This document shows, piece by piece, positions 20,816 through 29,448 of a DNA stretch of 64,000 bases. Source of the stretch: Candidatus Latescibacterota bacterium (GTDB lineage: Bacteria; Latescibacterota; UBA2968; UBA8231). The translations under genes were made by a program, and so were the position numbers. Each line of letters starts with the position of its first letter. Position 1 is the first letter of the stretch. Under the pieces are notes generated by a model that saw nothing but the letters and a program-made list of their open reading frames with translations, was not told the origin of the DNA and did not search any database. The stretch is from contig JAPYRN010000004.1 in the NCBI GenBank assembly GCA_029941565.1, positions 119,797 to 183,796 of the forward strand. The letters are read 5' to 3'.

Positions 20816-20821
20816 CGACTC

Positions 20822-22480
20822 CTATCCCCCCAGCAGGTAGTCGGGGACAGCCTCAGCCAGACGCGAGGCATGGATCTGGATCACCGACGCGTGCTCGGCG
20901 CGGAGTCGCTCCAGCATGGTGGACAGGCGTTGCTGCTGCCGGTGTTGACGGAGCAGGGCCTGGGCGCGGTCCCGTACGGCATCGAAGGGATCGACGCGAT
21001 CGGGTGTGTGGCCAAGAACGCGGAACACGGAAAAACCGCCCCGAACCGGTAGTGGACCGACCACAAGGCGGGCTTCCGTCGCCATCGCCACCGGCATCAG
21101 GAGTGGAAATCTTGCCTCATCCTCGGCGTGGAAGTGCAGCCGGCCACGCTGTTGTTCGGCCTGCTCCCGCAGAGATCGGACCGCCAGATCAGCAAGGCGC
21201 GCCCCCGCCTCGATCTGCTCGCGCACGCGCAAGGCCTCGGGCGCCGTGGCCAGCAACGTCTCCTCGATCCACACGGCCTGCGCATGTCGAAAAGGTTCAG
21301 GATTGTCGTCGTAATACTGGCGCACCTCATCCGGGGAGATGCTGATGGCGCGAACCGTCCGCTGTCTCAGCATCTCGAGGATCGCTTCCTGCCGGCCCTT
21401 ATCCTGTACCCGGCGGAACTCGGGACCCTGGTAGAAGCCGGCATCGCGCGCTGCCTCCTGCAGCAAGGCGGGCCGTAGCAGGTGCCGCCGTAACAAGCCG
21501 GAGACCCAACCACTGTCGGCCAATTCGGGCTTGAGTTGCAGACCACGAAGGGCATAGGCGGCACTGCGGACATCGATCTGCCGGGAACCGATCTCGTAGA
21601 GGATCTCCGAACTCGCCAACAGGGGGGAGGGATTGGCGGTACGAATCGCGGCGACGACCAATTCGAAGCCGGGTTCGTGACGTTGCACATCCATCGTTAG
21701 AGACAGTTCGGTCAGCTGCAACTGTTCCTGCTCACGGCGTTGTTGTTGTTCCAGCTGCGTCCTGATCTGTTCGCGGTATCGATCATAATCGGACGGGCGG
21801 TCCTCGACGAAGCGGACCAGTTGCCAGTCCGTGCCGATGCGCAGGGGTGATGAGGTCTGCTCCAGGGGCAATGCGCTGAACAGGGAAGGTGGAATGCCGA
21901 GACGGGCGGCGTGCTCCCGGTTCAGGAATCCGAGTCCTCCGTTCTGCTGCAGCGTGGCGCGATCCAACGAGCGGGACAGGGCGACATCGCCGAAGGGCCG
22001 GTCCTGCAACTCGGCGAGGATTATGTCGATTTCGCCGCGTGTATGGACCCGTATGCCCAATGCCAGGCGCTCGCGGTCAAAGCCTTCGGAATGGAAGGTG
22101 TTCTCGATCTCTGCCTCTGAGATCTGTGGCAGGTTCCGACGCCAATCGGCACGGTACCGGGCCACGACATACTCCTCGACAGCCTTCGTTGCGGCCTGCC
22201 GCACCACCGTAAGGGTGTCCAACCCGAGGGCTTCGCCCTCCAGCAACAGCAGGAGGCGGTCGACCAGCACCTGCAGATGGTGCAGGCGTGCCTCGTCCCC
22301 GGTCTTGTCGGGCTGCCAACGGCCGGGCAGCGCTTCAACATAGGAGCGATACTGAGAGGCCGTGATGTGGTGGGGGCCGACGCGCGCCACCACCTCATCA
22401 TCCGCCCTGTCACAGCCGGCGACGAGGACCGTCATGAGCACGACGCAGAGCAGTGCGACGCGTATGCTCCCACCTCCGAG
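20822..22480 (-). CDS. SurA/PpiD-like peptidyl-prolyl cis-trans isomerase (parvulin type), probable lipoprotein
   Basis: Parvulin motif GGLGFLNREHAARLGIPPSLF...PLRIGTDWQLVRFVEDRP. Paralogous to 41908..43620 (shared C-terminus RLAEAVPDYLLGG vs RLAEAVPDSLVRG). Signal/lipobox LVAGC. True start is uncertain (first ATG 22435; a non-ATG start further upstream is needed for a full signal peptide). The six-frame N-terminal extension overlapping the upstream gene is rejected. Confidence 0.7.
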   Translation of the reverse strand, partial: LGGGSIRVALLCVVLMTVLVAGCDRADDEVVARVGPHHITASQYRSYVEALPGRWQPDKTGDEARLHHLQVLVDRLLLLLEGEALGLDTLTVVRQAATKAVEEYVVARYRADWRRNLPQISEAEIENTFHSEGFDRERLALGIRVHTRGEIDIILAELQDRPFGDVALSRSLDRATLQQNGGLGFLNREHAARLGIPPSLFSALPLEQTSSPLRIGTDWQLVRFVEDRPSDYDRYREQIRTQLEQQQRREQEQLQLTELSLTMDVQRHEPGFELVVAAIRTANPSPLLASSEILYEIGSRQIDVRSAAYALRGLQLKPELADSGWVSGLLRRHLLRPALLQEAARDAGFYQGPEFRRVQDKGRQEAILEMLRQRTVRAISISPDEVRQYYDDNPEPFRHAQAVWIEETLLATAPEALRVREQIEAGARLADLAVRSLREQAEQQRGRLHFHAEDEARFPLLMPVAMATEARLVVGPLPVRGGFSVFRVLGHTPDRVDPFDAVRDRAQALLRQHRQQQRLSTMLERLRAEHASVIQIHASRLAEAVPDYLLGG

Positions 22481-22488
22481 AGGATGGT

Positions 22489-24504
22489 TCACCAGTGCAT
22501 CACCCAATTCTGCGTCGCGCCCGTAAAGTGATCGATCACGTACCAGATGCCAACTGTGACGAATTGACCAAGAATCAGACCCAGGAAGAAGGGGCGGGTG
22601 CTGAGGTAGAGTTGTGGTCCACCATGTTTGAAGACCATGGTCTTGATGAACCAGGCGACGAGAACGCTGAAGAACATAGTGCCGAAGACGGCGCTGATGG
22701 GGAATCCGAGGGGGTGGAAGGGCCACCAGAAGTATCGTTGACGGGCGACCATCAACAATGTCATGACGACGCCACCCATGGCCGTGTAGAGCCAGTTGAG
22801 CATGTGTGGGCCCTGCAGCGATTTCATGCGGGTGCCGGCATTGTCAAAGGCGTAGGTCGCGTCGGGACCGAAAAAATGAGGGGAGGTGTTGATGCCCCCG
22901 TATTGATAGGCCAATTCCAGGATGGCCCAGATCGAACTGCCGAGGGTGACGGCGATGGCGATCAGCATGCCCCAGAAAATCAATCGACGGCTTTTGACTA
23001 CCGTCTCTTCCACCAGCTTGAGACTGTTGGCGCAGGCAGCCATAACAAATGTCAGGATGTCGCTGGCCCAGATGTAGGTGAAAGCGAAAGCGACGACACC
23101 CGACGAACCCAGGGCTCGCGTGCCGAATCCGGCGGCGACGAAGTCGGAGGCAATCATCGGCGCGAAGACGAATGCAAGGCCACCTTCGGCGACCACCCGC
23201 GTGATGCCGATAAAGAGCACAAAGGCGAGAAACAGATAAACCGGCACGATCCAACCCGGCAATCCCGATTGCGCCAGCCAGATGCCCATGAAACTCAGGC
23301 TGCACACAAGAATGATCACGGCGGCTCGATAGGACAGAATCTCGCCGGAATCATCGACATTGGGATCCCCCGAAATCGTTTTGCGCCAGACGTCGTGCAG
23401 ATGCCGGCGCGAGGTCCACAGGCCAAAAAGCACGAGCACGATGATGGCCCCGAACCCCTGATGGACGATGATAGTGCCGGAGTACGAACTGTAGGAGCCG
23501 AGCACGGGATCGGGCTGGTCGATTCCCGTGACGTTGAAGATCCCCTGCTGCACTACGTTGAGCAGGTGGAAGATCCACAGTCCCAGGGCGATTTCGCGAC
23601 TGATGAAGTAGGAGAAGCCGACCATCTGAAAACTGAGTGCGATTTTCAGATTGACGGAGTCGCGAAATAGGGGAATCGTGAAGCCCCCCCAGCTGGCGAT
23701 CTCGGTGGCGGGGATGTAGGGGAAGTAGTAGTTGAGACCATTCATGCTCTGCACGATCGCCGGCATGGCAAAACCGAGCCACATCAACGGGTTCTTGAAG
23801 ATCGGCTTGATCAGCGACGGCCCCGAGGCGTCGTCCTGGATCATGGCCAACGGTACCTGCGCCAGGGGGAATACGAGGCGTTCATTCTGGATCCACTGTT
23901 TGCGCAGGATCACCATGATCGTGATCATCGCCAGATACAGGGCGAAGATGAAGGGAATCCAATAACACAGAGGTCGCAGCCACAGCATCCAGGGGATCCC
24001 CGTGCCCTCCGGGGCGCCCTCGAAGAAGCCCTGGACCTGCTCCACCTCGTGGTGGACGATCATCCAATCCGGGATCACGGGCAGCAGGACTTCGAGCCAC
24101 TGATTTTCCGGTGTAGCGTAATAGATCGGTGTCGTGATATGTGGCAAAAGGAAGGCGGTGAGACCGAACAGTGGGATCGATGTCGACACCGTCCACATGA
24201 CATAAACCAGTGCCAATTCGGCTGGTCGGAGCATCCACGGTCGACGCACGACGCCGATCACGACATTGAGGAAAAAGACAAGAGCGAAGAGCAGGATGAG
24301 CGCCGCGGGATTGTTGAAATAGGCGGCGATATGGGCACCCCGGATCACCATATTGGTGTAGGGTACCAGGACACCAATGGCGGCGGAGCCCACGGTGCCG
24401 ACAAGCAGCGCGGCGGGTCGAATCTTGAGGGCGGATTGTTGGATTTGGCTCAAAACTACGGATCGGCTTCCCGTCGGGCTCGAGATGGGGATGAACCGGA
24501 GCAT
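22489..24504 (-). CDS. large polytopic membrane protein of unknown family (paralog A)
   Basis: About 670 aa, more than 12 predicted TM helices. Clear paralog of 45208..47199 (ERLVFPLAQVPLAM vs ERLPFPLASVPLEL; TRPFFLGLILGQFVTVGIWYVIDHFTG vs TKPFFLGLVMGQLVVGGVWLVIDSMTG). Start set at MLRFIP by alignment with the paralog. Confidence 0.7.
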   Translation of the reverse strand: MLRFIPISSPTGSRSVVLSQIQQSALKIRPAALLVGTVGSAAIGVLVPYTNMVIRGAHIAAYFNNPAALILLFALVFFLNVVIGVVRRPWMLRPAELALVYVMWTVSTSIPLFGLTAFLLPHITTPIYYATPENQWLEVLLPVIPDWMIVHHEVEQVQGFFEGAPEGTGIPWMLWLRPLCYWIPFIFALYLAMITIMVILRKQWIQNERLVFPLAQVPLAMIQDDASGPSLIKPIFKNPLMWLGFAMPAIVQSMNGLNYYFPYIPATEIASWGGFTIPLFRDSVNLKIALSFQMVGFSYFISREIALGLWIFHLLNVVQQGIFNVTGIDQPDPVLGSYSSYSGTIIVHQGFGAIIVLVLFGLWTSRRHLHDVWRKTISGDPNVDDSGEILSYRAAVIILVCSLSFMGIWLAQSGLPGWIVPVYLFLAFVLFIGITRVVAEGGLAFVFAPMIASDFVAAGFGTRALGSSGVVAFAFTYIWASDILTFVMAACANSLKLVEETVVKSRRLIFWGMLIAIAVTLGSSIWAILELAYQYGGINTSPHFFGPDATYAFDNAGTRMKSLQGPHMLNWLYTAMGGVVMTLLMVARQRYFWWPFHPLGFPISAVFGTMFFSVLVAWFIKTMVFKHGGPQLYLSTRPFFLGLILGQFVTVGIWYVIDHFTGATQNWVMHW

Positions 24505-24547
24505 AGTAAACTGAAGCGCTTCCTGGGTGTCCAATTTAACGCTGTCG

Positions 24548-24576
24548 TTGACAACCGCCACGGAGCACGTTATCGT
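24548..24576 (+). promoter_or_regulatory. sigma70-like promoter TTGACA-N17-TATCGT for the lipoprotein gene
   Basis: TTGACA at 24548-24553 and TATCGT at 24571-24576. AAGGAA RBS 6 nt before GTG 24606. Confidence 0.35.
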
Positions 24577-24605
24577 GGGGCTGAACTCTCTTATAAGGAA
24601 CTGCC

Positions 24606-25358
24606 GTGACCCATCTCAAGGCCTTCATCTACCTCCGAGTGTTGCTGTGTGCCGCCATTCTGACGGTGTTGTTGTCGACAGGTTGCGGGTATCTCCACTA
24701 TGCGGGCCCCCTGCGACCACAGACAGAACAACCCGAAGCGATGGTGGTCGCCGATGACGGCAGTGTCACCTATGAGAAAAACCGCTTCGAGGTAAAGTTA
24801 CGGCCCCTCTCCGATGCCGAACTCAACCGGCAGTTCGCAACCGAGTCTCAGCAGGGCACAAAGTCGACGAATCCCTTCACCTATGGTGACACCGAATTCA
24901 AGGACAAGGAGCGGCAGCGTTTCATCGTCTTCGCCTTGAGTGTCAAAAACTACGCCTATCCGAAAGTTCGTATCGATCCGGGCAGAATTGTGCTTCAGGC
25001 GAGCAATGGCCGCGAGTACTGGAGTCTCACGGAACGGCAGATCGACACCTACTATCGCGTCTACGCCATCGGCTATGCCGGCAACGCCTATATCCAATAC
25101 AAAAACCGTCTCGATCTGGTGAAGCGCACTTTGTTCAGGAACGAAGACATATTCTCTGGCCAGGAGTCGGAAGGGTTTGTCGTATTCCCTGTATTACATC
25201 ACGACGTAAGTCAGATCGAAGCGATCGTACAGGATGCCGTCGTTCGTTTCGACTACCGGGACGAACCGGTGGAAACGATGGACATCGGCTACCAGTTTGA
25301 GCGCGATGTCGGCCGCCGCTACCGTGACGGCAGCGTCGAACTGACCGCACAACACTGA
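24606..25358 (+). CDS. hypothetical lipoprotein
   Basis: GTG start. Signal plus lipobox LLSTGCG. 250 aa, somewhat lower GC than its neighbours. No family recognised. Confidence 0.55.
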   Translation: MTHLKAFIYLRVLLCAAILTVLLSTGCGYLHYAGPLRPQTEQPEAMVVADDGSVTYEKNRFEVKLRPLSDAELNRQFATESQQGTKSTNPFTYGDTEFKDKERQRFIVFALSVKNYAYPKVRIDPGRIVLQASNGREYWSLTERQIDTYYRVYAIGYAGNAYIQYKNRLDLVKRTLFRNEDIFSGQESEGFVVFPVLHHDVSQIEAIVQDAVVRFDYRDEPVETMDIGYQFERDVGRRYRDGSVELTAQH

Positions 25359-25411
25359 TTACATCGTGGCGTAGCATCGGTGCCGCCACCTGGCTCGGCA
25401 GTTGCCTGCAG

Positions 25412-28276
25412 TTGCTGCTGACGGTGGGATGGGGTTGCGCAGACAATCCGCATCCGTCCGAACTGCAGTTCTCCGACCTGAGTACTGAGGTTGGCCTCGA
25501 CTTCACCCACGTCTCCGGAACACCCCAGCAACATCTTATCATCGAGTCAATGGGAGGGGGTGCGGCCTTTCTTGACTACGACGGGGACGACTACCTCGAT
25601 CTCTTCATCGTCAACGGCACCAGGATCGCTGACCCGCCCCCAGGGACAAGCAATCGCCTGTTCCGCAATATTCCAGCAGACGACACGCAAGGGCGAAGAT
25701 TCGACGAGGTCACAGTCGAAGCGGGTCTGCAACTGACCGGTTGGGGCATGGGAGCGGCTGCTGGTGATACCGACAACGATGGCAATGTTGATCTCTTCGT
25801 GACGTATCTGGGTCCCAACGTGCTCTATCGCAACGATGGGTTGGGTGCGTTTGATGACGTTACCGAGGAAGTCGGCGTCGGCGACCCACGTTGGGGCAGT
25901 AGCGCCGCCTTCGGCGATCTCGACGCCGATGGCGATCTCGACCTTTACGTCGCCAACTACCTACTCTTCGACCCCCAATTCCCGCCAAACGATGGCAAGC
26001 CATGCAGCGGCTGGAAAGGCCTCGATGTATTCTGCGGTCCCCACGGCCTGCAGGCGCAGGCGGATGTCCTTTACCGCAACGACGGGGTGCACGGCTTCGT
26101 CGACGTCAGCGAGGCCACGGGTGTAAGCGACCATCAGCATCCCGCTCTTGGCGTGTTATGGGCGGATCTGGATGGTGATGGTGACCAGGATCTGTATGTG
26201 GCCAACGACTCGAAGCCGAACTTGCTGTTCCGTAACGACGGCGATTGGTCTCTTACCGAAATCGCCACTTTCGCCGGCGCCGCCTACAGTGAAGATGGGC
26301 GCTCCCAGGCCGGCATGGGTGTTGCCTCCGGTGATTACGACCGGGATGGCGATCTGGATCTGTATGTGACCAACTTCTCTGATGACGTCAACACGCTGTA
26401 CCAGAACAAGGGCAATGGCACCTTCACCGACGCGACCTTCGACGCGAGTCTGGGGGGCGAGGCACGACCCTACCTTGGGTGGGGTACGGCATTGTTCGAC
26501 GCTGATAACGACGGCTGGCTGGATCTGTTCGTCGCCAACGGCCACCTCTATCCGCAGCTCATGACACACGCCTCAGGACTGCGTTACGCCCAGCACAACC
26601 TGCTCTACCGCAACATCGATGGCAGATTCGCGCTGCAGCGACAACTGTCCCGCCTGGGGGGTGAGCAGGTCAGTCGTGGAACCGCGGTCGGCGACTACGA
26701 CAACGACGGTGATCTGGATCTGCTGGTGATGAATCTGAATGCTGCCCCAACCTTTTTGCGCAACGAAGCAGGAGATCGTAACAACTGGCTCGGCCTGCAA
26801 CTGGTGGGAGGTACGAGCAACCAGGATGGGCTCGGTTCACGTGTGCAACTGTTCGCCAATGGCGAGTCCCAGATCCGCGAAGTGCAACGGAGTTACGGCT
26901 ACCAATCAGCCCACGATGGTCGCGTATTGTTTGGGCTTGGCGCCACAGAACAGGTGGACCGTGTGGAGATCCGCTGGCCGAGTGGCGCTCTGCAGATTCT
27001 GCAGAAGCCCGAGACGCGGCGGTATCTGGTCGTGCACGAGGATGGCGCTGTCGTTGACGAATACGCAGAGCCTCCGTCAAGCTCGCTGGCGCGCCCTGTA
27101 CCCGTCGCCGGGGCCATCGTCGAGTCGCTGGAAGACCATACAGCCAAGATCCCGTCTGGAACGGCTCTGGAATATTACGAAGAGGGTGTCAGGTATTACA
27201 ACCTCGGGAGGTATGAGGAGGCCCTCGCTGCCCTGCACCAGGCGCTGCTTCTGCAGCCCGAGTACGACGATGCCGGATACACGATGGGCCTGGTGCTCTA
27301 CTCAGGCTTGGGACGAGACGAGGAGGCCGCCGCGCAGTTGGAGCAGGTGGCGGCACGGGACTCACAGCGGGTAGACGTGCGGGATCTGCTCGGGGCGACG
27401 TATCTGAGTCTCAACCTGCCGGCGCCGGCCATCGATGTGTTGCTCAAGGCGACGGCACTACAACCGGACTCATGGCAAATCCACCATCGTCTGGGGACGG
27501 CGTATGCCCGCGCCGAGCGCATGGTTTTGGCACAAAAGGCATTTGGCGAGGCCAGCCGTCTCGCCCCGTACAAACCACAACCGCACCTGAATCTAGCCCG
27601 CATCTACGAAGCCACCGGTAACGTGCTGGGGGCAAAAGCAGAGCGGAGGCTGTTCGAACGCTGGGCCCCCGTGGAGGACCGTGTCTCCCACTATGAGCAG
27701 GAGATTGCGCAATATCCCGCCTCCCTCGAAGGACATAATCTTCTCGGCCAAGCCTACATGAAACAGGGCAGGTTGGCGCTGGCAGTTGCCCGCTTTCAGC
27801 GGGCGGTGGAACTGGACTCCTCTTTTGCACCCGCCTACTACGGCGTTGGCGCCGTCATGCATCTGCGCGGTGATCTGCGTCGAGCGATTCTGGCGTATGA
27901 GAAGGCGGTGCAACTGCAGCCGCACCTGGTGCTGGCACTCGCCGATCTGGGCCAGGCCTACCATCAAGTGGGACAGCTGGATGCGGCGATTGACGCATTG
28001 CACCGAGCCCTCATGCTACGCCCGGACCTGTCCATCACCTGGAGTAAGTTGGGCCAGATGTACGCGGCGTCAGATCGCTGGTCGGAGGCGATTCACGCCT
28101 ACCAGATGGCCCTGCAGCACGATTCAACACTGGTCGCTACACGCAATGCTCTCGGTGGAGCCTATGCCACCGAGGGGCAGCTGGACGCCGCGATTGAACA
28201 ATGGCGCGAGGTTCTGAGAATCGCGCCTCAGGATTCCAATGCCGCTCGCCTCATTCGTATGGCGGAGCGACAATAA
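25412..28276 (+). CDS. CRTAC1-family (FG-GAP/ASPIC-UnbV) protein with C-terminal TPR repeats
   Basis: Repeated FG-GAP/VCBS motifs (DYDGDDYLDLFIVNG, DTDNDGNVDLFVTY, DLDADGDLDLYVANY and others), then about eight TPR repeats. Start uncertain (TTG at 25412, and the frame is open upstream). Confidence 0.75.
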   Translation: MLLTVGWGCADNPHPSELQFSDLSTEVGLDFTHVSGTPQQHLIIESMGGGAAFLDYDGDDYLDLFIVNGTRIADPPPGTSNRLFRNIPADDTQGRRFDEVTVEAGLQLTGWGMGAAAGDTDNDGNVDLFVTYLGPNVLYRNDGLGAFDDVTEEVGVGDPRWGSSAAFGDLDADGDLDLYVANYLLFDPQFPPNDGKPCSGWKGLDVFCGPHGLQAQADVLYRNDGVHGFVDVSEATGVSDHQHPALGVLWADLDGDGDQDLYVANDSKPNLLFRNDGDWSLTEIATFAGAAYSEDGRSQAGMGVASGDYDRDGDLDLYVTNFSDDVNTLYQNKGNGTFTDATFDASLGGEARPYLGWGTALFDADNDGWLDLFVANGHLYPQLMTHASGLRYAQHNLLYRNIDGRFALQRQLSRLGGEQVSRGTAVGDYDNDGDLDLLVMNLNAAPTFLRNEAGDRNNWLGLQLVGGTSNQDGLGSRVQLFANGESQIREVQRSYGYQSAHDGRVLFGLGATEQVDRVEIRWPSGALQILQKPETRRYLVVHEDGAVVDEYAEPPSSSLARPVPVAGAIVESLEDHTAKIPSGTALEYYEEGVRYYNLGRYEEALAALHQALLLQPEYDDAGYTMGLVLYSGLGRDEEAAAQLEQVAARDSQRVDVRDLLGATYLSLNLPAPAIDVLLKATALQPDSWQIHHRLGTAYARAERMVLAQKAFGEASRLAPYKPQPHLNLARIYEATGNVLGAKAERRLFERWAPVEDRVSHYEQEIAQYPASLEGHNLLGQAYMKQGRLALAVARFQRAVELDSSFAPAYYGVGAVMHLRGDLRRAILAYEKAVQLQPHLVLALADLGQAYHQVGQLDAAIDALHRALMLRPDLSITWSKLGQMYAASDRWSEAIHAYQMALQHDSTLVATRNALGGAYATEGQLDAAIEQWREVLRIAPQDSNAARLIRMAERQ

Positions 28277-28317
28277 AAAAAGCCCCGGACGCCGAGGCGT
28301 CCGGGGCTTGAAAGCCC
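28277..28317. terminator. bidirectional rho-independent terminator
   Basis: A7 tract, then stem GCCCCGGACG/CGTCCGGGGC (28283-28292 and 28298-28307), then TTGAAAG. Lies between convergent genes. Confidence 0.6.
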
Positions 28318-28346
28318 TAACGATGGTCTTCTATGACCGTAACGTG

Positions 28347-29240
28347 TTACTCTACGAATCCTGCCTTGATGGCGCCCCACGTCGTGCCTTCAACCGCCGT
28401 GCCACCCTCGCCCAGATTCGGATCGAGAGGTGCCGCGACAAAGTCGGTAACGGACGTGTTCGATGATTCAGCCGTAAAGGTCCAGAAGCCCTGGTAATCG
28501 TTGGCGTTGTCGATGTCGCCCATGGCGATCGAGATATGGATCACATCGTTCTCTTCCAGATCCATGAAATCGGTGTTCTCAGGCGTGGCATTTTCCCGGG
28601 GCAGGGCCCAGATGGGAATCACCGACAACTCGTAGAAATAGGTGCTCTCGCCAAACTGCTCACCCGTGAAAGACCAGCCGAACTGCACGTACTCGGTGCC
28701 GTCCTGCAGCCATTCGAGATCGCCGATGGGCTCGAGGGACTGATAGATACCACCTACAGGAGGAACGACCCATTTGTAGAAGAAGTCGTTGATGGGAATA
28801 TCATCGACATTGCGGCTATGCTCTTCAGACGGAGTATGGTCAGGGTTTACGCCGACCTCCCAGTTGTCATCGTTCCAATGCCGTGCTGGATCCTCGCGGT
28901 CCGTGTTATGGATATTGTCGAAGATCTCGGTGGCAAAGTAGATCTTGTTCTGACTGTCGTTCCAGCCCAACCGGTGACGAACGTTGACATCGCTTGGATC
29001 GAATTCGCCCCGACCTGCCGCCTGAAACTGGGCGGGGTCGAACAACTTGTCGCTGCGTACCGTGTAGGGATTGTCCGGAACAATATTCCAGTCGCTGTGG
29101 TCGCCGTCGACCGTCGGGACCCGATCATCTGGGAACTGGACCAGGAAGAACAACTCTCCTGGTGGGTCATGGGCGGCTGCCAGCGAAGGCAGGCTTAGGA
29201 CTAGTGCTAAGACGAAAAGAACACTCCATTTACCTCTCAT
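28347..29240 (-). CDS. secreted CBM9/DOMON-like carbohydrate-binding protein
   Basis: Signal peptide. Segment RVPTVDGDHSDWNIVPDNPYTV...KIYFATEIFDNIHNTD resembles the family-9 carbohydrate-binding domain. Confidence 0.5.
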   Translation of the reverse strand: MRGKWSVLFVLALVLSLPSLAAAHDPPGELFFLVQFPDDRVPTVDGDHSDWNIVPDNPYTVRSDKLFDPAQFQAAGRGEFDPSDVNVRHRLGWNDSQNKIYFATEIFDNIHNTDREDPARHWNDDNWEVGVNPDHTPSEEHSRNVDDIPINDFFYKWVVPPVGGIYQSLEPIGDLEWLQDGTEYVQFGWSFTGEQFGESTYFYELSVIPIWALPRENATPENTDFMDLEENDVIHISIAMGDIDNANDYQGFWTFTAESSNTSVTDFVAAPLDPNLGEGGTAVEGTTWGAIKAGFVE

Positions 29241-29448
29241 CTAACGTCATCCTCCTCTTCCAGTGTAAGCGCAACAACTGTAAGTACAGAAACGAAATAG
29301 GCATGCCTCTGGCCGTCATCTGATCACGATCTGCACAGACGCAACGCCACTCTACAGGATAGGTCTCCTACGTACGGTGTAAGGAGACACGGCTACTATA
29401 TATTGAAACGAGTGTCGGAGGTCAAGCATTTTTCTGACCGTCGGGTCG

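Noticed and set aside
22481-22726. Upstream part of PPIase-1 ORF overlapping the membrane-protein gene
   Set aside because: Overlap of 237 nt with a well-supported gene. Paralog alignment places the signal peptide near 22480-22435. The exact (possibly non-ATG) start remains unresolved.
24606-25358. Lipoprotein gene as horizontally acquired island (lower GC)
   Set aside because: GC is only modestly lower, no flanking repeats or mobility genes, and it has its own sigma70-like promoter. The evidence is insufficient.
28277-28346. Possible small RNA in the convergent intergenic region
   Set aside because: Fully explained by a single bidirectional terminator hairpin. No additional conserved structure is evident.
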